From Mobula hypostoma (lineage: Eukaryota), in the NCBI RefSeq assembly GCF_963921235.1, contig NW_026948143.1, forward strand, positions 1 to 64,000: 64,000 nucleotides of DNA. The letters run 5' to 3'. Below the pieces are notes generated by a model. The model saw only the letters and a list, made by a program, of their open reading frames with translations. It did not search any database and had not been told where the DNA came from. Shown piece by piece: positions 61,214 through 64,000 of this stretch. Position numbers and translations under genes: made by a program. Position 1 is the first letter of the stretch. The number at the start of each line of letters is the position of its first letter.

Positions 61214-64000
61214 TTACAACCAAAATTGATCCCACGCGTCTTGCACTTTTCCCTCACTATTAATTCTTCCCAACATGTGTTCATATGATGAAATCTTAAT
61301 CATTTCCTCAGTCCATTCCTTCACAGTGGGACATCTGTTTTTTTTCCAGTTTTGCAATATAATTCTTGCAGCTGTGATGAGACCCACTTTAAAATAGTGA
61401 ATTTGTCAATGTTTACATTAGGTATCATTGTCCTATCACCCAGGAGACAAAGCCGTGGGCACAAGGGCAGTGTGGAACCCGACCAACTCTCCAACAGATC
61501 AAGAACTTTACACCAAAATGGACAAACCATGGAACACTCCCAAATCATGTGAAAATATGTGCCCACCTCATTTTTACATTTCCAGCATTAATTATTATCA
61601 ACAATCCCCATTTTGTAGAGTCTAGTTGGTGTCCAATAATATCTGTGTACTATCTTATAAATAAATCTCCCTCTTGCTTCCCTAATATGTCTACCCACAT
61701 TTGATAAAATATTTGACCACTCATTATCTTCAATATCACTTCCAAGAGCCTTCTGCCATACTGCTTTGAGATTGTTACACGATTCACCCACAGAGTGCTT
61801 GAACATTTTATAAAACACTGATGCTTCATGAACTTCCTGTGGTAATGTAAAATATTCAGTTAAGGGGTTACTTTGTGGGTCGCCGTTCTTGAATATGCTA
61901 CTAATGCAATGTTTTATTTGCAAATACTTCCAAAAATTCCCTTTATCTACAAAGTTATATTTCCTCTGCAAATCCACATATGACATAAAAATCCCATTCT
62001 CATAGAGATCACCGACTGTATTTACACCTTTCATCTTCCATTCTTTCCAGTACACCATTCTTTTCCCAATGCGTATCTCAGGGTTATTCCAGAGCGAGGA
62101 GTATAACTGGTTTAAATGTGACATTCTACAAGCTTTATGAATTGTACTCCACACACTCCTTGAGTGAGATAGTATAGGATTTAGATTAGTCTTGTTTTCC
62201 ACAAGTTGTGAAAGAATGTTAAGGGGAGAATGTGGTACAGCCAGGCTCCATTCTATGATTACCCAATCTAAATCAACATCACTCCTGTCCCAATGTTTAG
62301 CTAACTTGGTCATTTCAAAGGATAATTTATATGCCCTGGACATACACATCTTACCCATTTTAATTCTGGGCTTCTTCTTATCCCATAGAAGATCCATGAT
62401 AATTTTGTTGTATTGCTTGTAGATCAAATCTGGTACAGTATATTTAAAGGAAGCATCATAGAAAGATAGCTAAACTGAGATGCTATGGCCATTTTAGCTA
62501 CATTGACTTTACCCCAGAGGGACAGTCTCAGTGCCCCCCACTTATCCAGATTATTTCTTATCTTACTCAATAATGAGTCATAATTTAAAGAAATTATTTC
62601 ATCCAAATTCTCACTAAGTTTCACCCCTAGATACTTCATTCCAACTGGCACCCATCTGAAATTAAACTGAGATACTGAATTTGAAAAACATAGTTTTAAC
62701 ATTGGCATAGCTCAGATTTATTGCAGTTGATTTTATAACCAGATGCCTCAGAGTATAATTGAATTGTTTTCATTAGTGGGGGGTAAGGAGTTAGAAGGGT
62801 CGCTAATCAGTAATAAAATATCGTCAGCATATAACATCAGCTTATGCTCCTTTCCACCTCCCTTCACCCCTCTAACATTTGGATCTGCCCTCATCACGAT
62901 TGCCAGCAGTTCCAAAAAAATCATAAATAACAGTGGGGAGAGGGGGCAGCCTTGGCGTGTACCCAGTGAGATGTTGAAAAATGGGGATATGATACCATTT
63001 GTAATAACTGCAGCCTTAGGGTTTTTATACAAAATTCTAATCCATGATCTAAAGATAGAGTCAAGGCTGTGGTTAAAAATATCCACTCAACCCTGTCAAA
63101 GGCCTTTTTGGCGTCCAGGGAGATGGCGGTAACTGGGATACTACTTGGGGAGTTCAGCCATATTAAGTGCAGTAATCTCCTTACATTGTCAGTTGAGGAT
63201 CTGCCTTTAATGAAGCCAACCTGGTCAGTATTAATTTTAGATGGCAATACTTTCTTTAATTGCAAAGCCAATATTTTAGTCAGTATCTTACAGTCCACAG
63301 TAATTAAGCTTATAGCCTATAATTGGATGGATCTATTGCCTCCCTGTCTTTTTCTGGGATCAACGATATTAATGCTTCATTAAATGAATTTGGTAAAGAT
63401 TCCAAATTAGGTGCTTCTGAATAGATTTTTGTTAGAATAGGAGCCAATATGTCCAGAAATTTCTTATAATATTCAACTGGGAAGCCATCCATGCCTGGAG
63501 ATTTCCCCTTTTTCATAGCCGCAATAGCCCGTCTGACCTCATCCTCAGTAATTGGGGCATCCAAGGACTCAGCTTGTTGTGGGGATAATGTAGGCAATTT
63601 TATGTTAGCAAAAAACTGATTTGGCTCCTCCTGGTCATAGTTAAACGGTGATGCATATAGATGTTCATAGAATTGTCGAAAGACTTCGTTTATTTCTTTA
63701 GATGATGACACTAATGTATCCCCTTTCTTAATTACAGGTATAACACTACTCGTATTCTGCTGGTTTAAGTATCGTGCCAGCAGCTTACCAGCTTTGTCAC
63801 CACCTTCATAGAAACTTGTTGTTAACCTAAATAATGCATATTCTGCTCCTTTGTTATATATGTTATTTAGCTGGAATTTCAAATTGCACAGATCTTTGTA
63901 TAAGTCACTAGCATATTGTCTTGCTAAAACCTTTTCCAATGTGGTTGTTTCTGTCTCCAGATTTTTTATTTGCTCCATACTTTCTTTCTTCCTTTTAGAT
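61214..64000 (-). pseudogene. L1 ORF2 remnant (RT plus Cys-rich C-terminus), frameshifted
   Basis: Split across ORF-track pieces 63310-63978, 62921-63298, 62748-63086 (YADD at 62820-62831), 62424-62708, 61588-62427 and 61321-61566. The likely natural end is ...WDQFWL* with the stop at 61214-61216. Confidence 0.9.

Larger units (their letters stand above)
61051..64000 (-). mobile_element. L1-clade LINE, 3' ~3 kb (continues beyond the window)
   Basis: T8 at 61051-61058 is a poly(A) tail on -, and AATAAA on - lies at 61071-61076. ORF2 motifs include KGKSPGMDGFPVEYYK, NYR, DQVGFIKGR, ISLDAKKAFDRVEW, GTRQGCPLSPLLF, LYADD, KYLGV and the C-terminal CWKC...HMIWEC knuckle. Confidence 0.95.

Noticed and set aside
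55608..63383. Plus-strand ORFs over the LINEs (e.g. 58614-58895, 58914-59318, 60118-60579, 62743-63132)
   Set aside because: These are antisense shadows of the minus-strand ORF2 sequences with no independent protein motifs.
58118..64000. Active, intact retrotransposons
   Set aside because: The inner CR1 is 5'-truncated with in-frame stops and an FVDD motif, and the L1 ORF2 has several frameshifts and stops.

Overview
This is eukaryotic (vertebrate-type) repeat DNA with no host genes. Bases 1 to ~55,090 are one uninterrupted head-to-tail satellite of ~1,780 copies of a 31-bp monomer (consensus CAGGAACTCAGTGAAAACAC[G/A]GGACAGTCTG). The array is divided into successive domains with different higher-order repeats (HORs): ~2.1 kb, 3,155 bp, ~2.5 kb, and a 776-bp 25-mer that is re-amplified in 2.0-4.6 kb cassettes. 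All ORF-track calls in this part are artefacts of the repeat. The last ~9 kb is a nested retrotransposon stack. An old CR1 LINE (- strand) is split beside its endonuclease GDFN motif by a ~0.69-kb non-coding element (+ strand; YY1-type 5' head, AATAAA/stem-loop/(AATCT)n tail). That element is in turn split by a younger 5'-truncated CR1 (- strand) with a 5-bp GTTTG target-site duplication. An L1-clade LINE (- strand) with a poly(A) tail abuts the old CR1 and runs off the window. The CR1 tail types resemble those I recall from cartilaginous fishes, but this is an unverified inference. I see no new protein-coding system. The best candidates for something undescribed are the layered 31-bp HOR satellite, its complement-swap (A<->T, C<->G) variant pattern, and the non-autonomous retroelement. 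Domain boundaries inside the satellite are approximate (about one to a few monomers).
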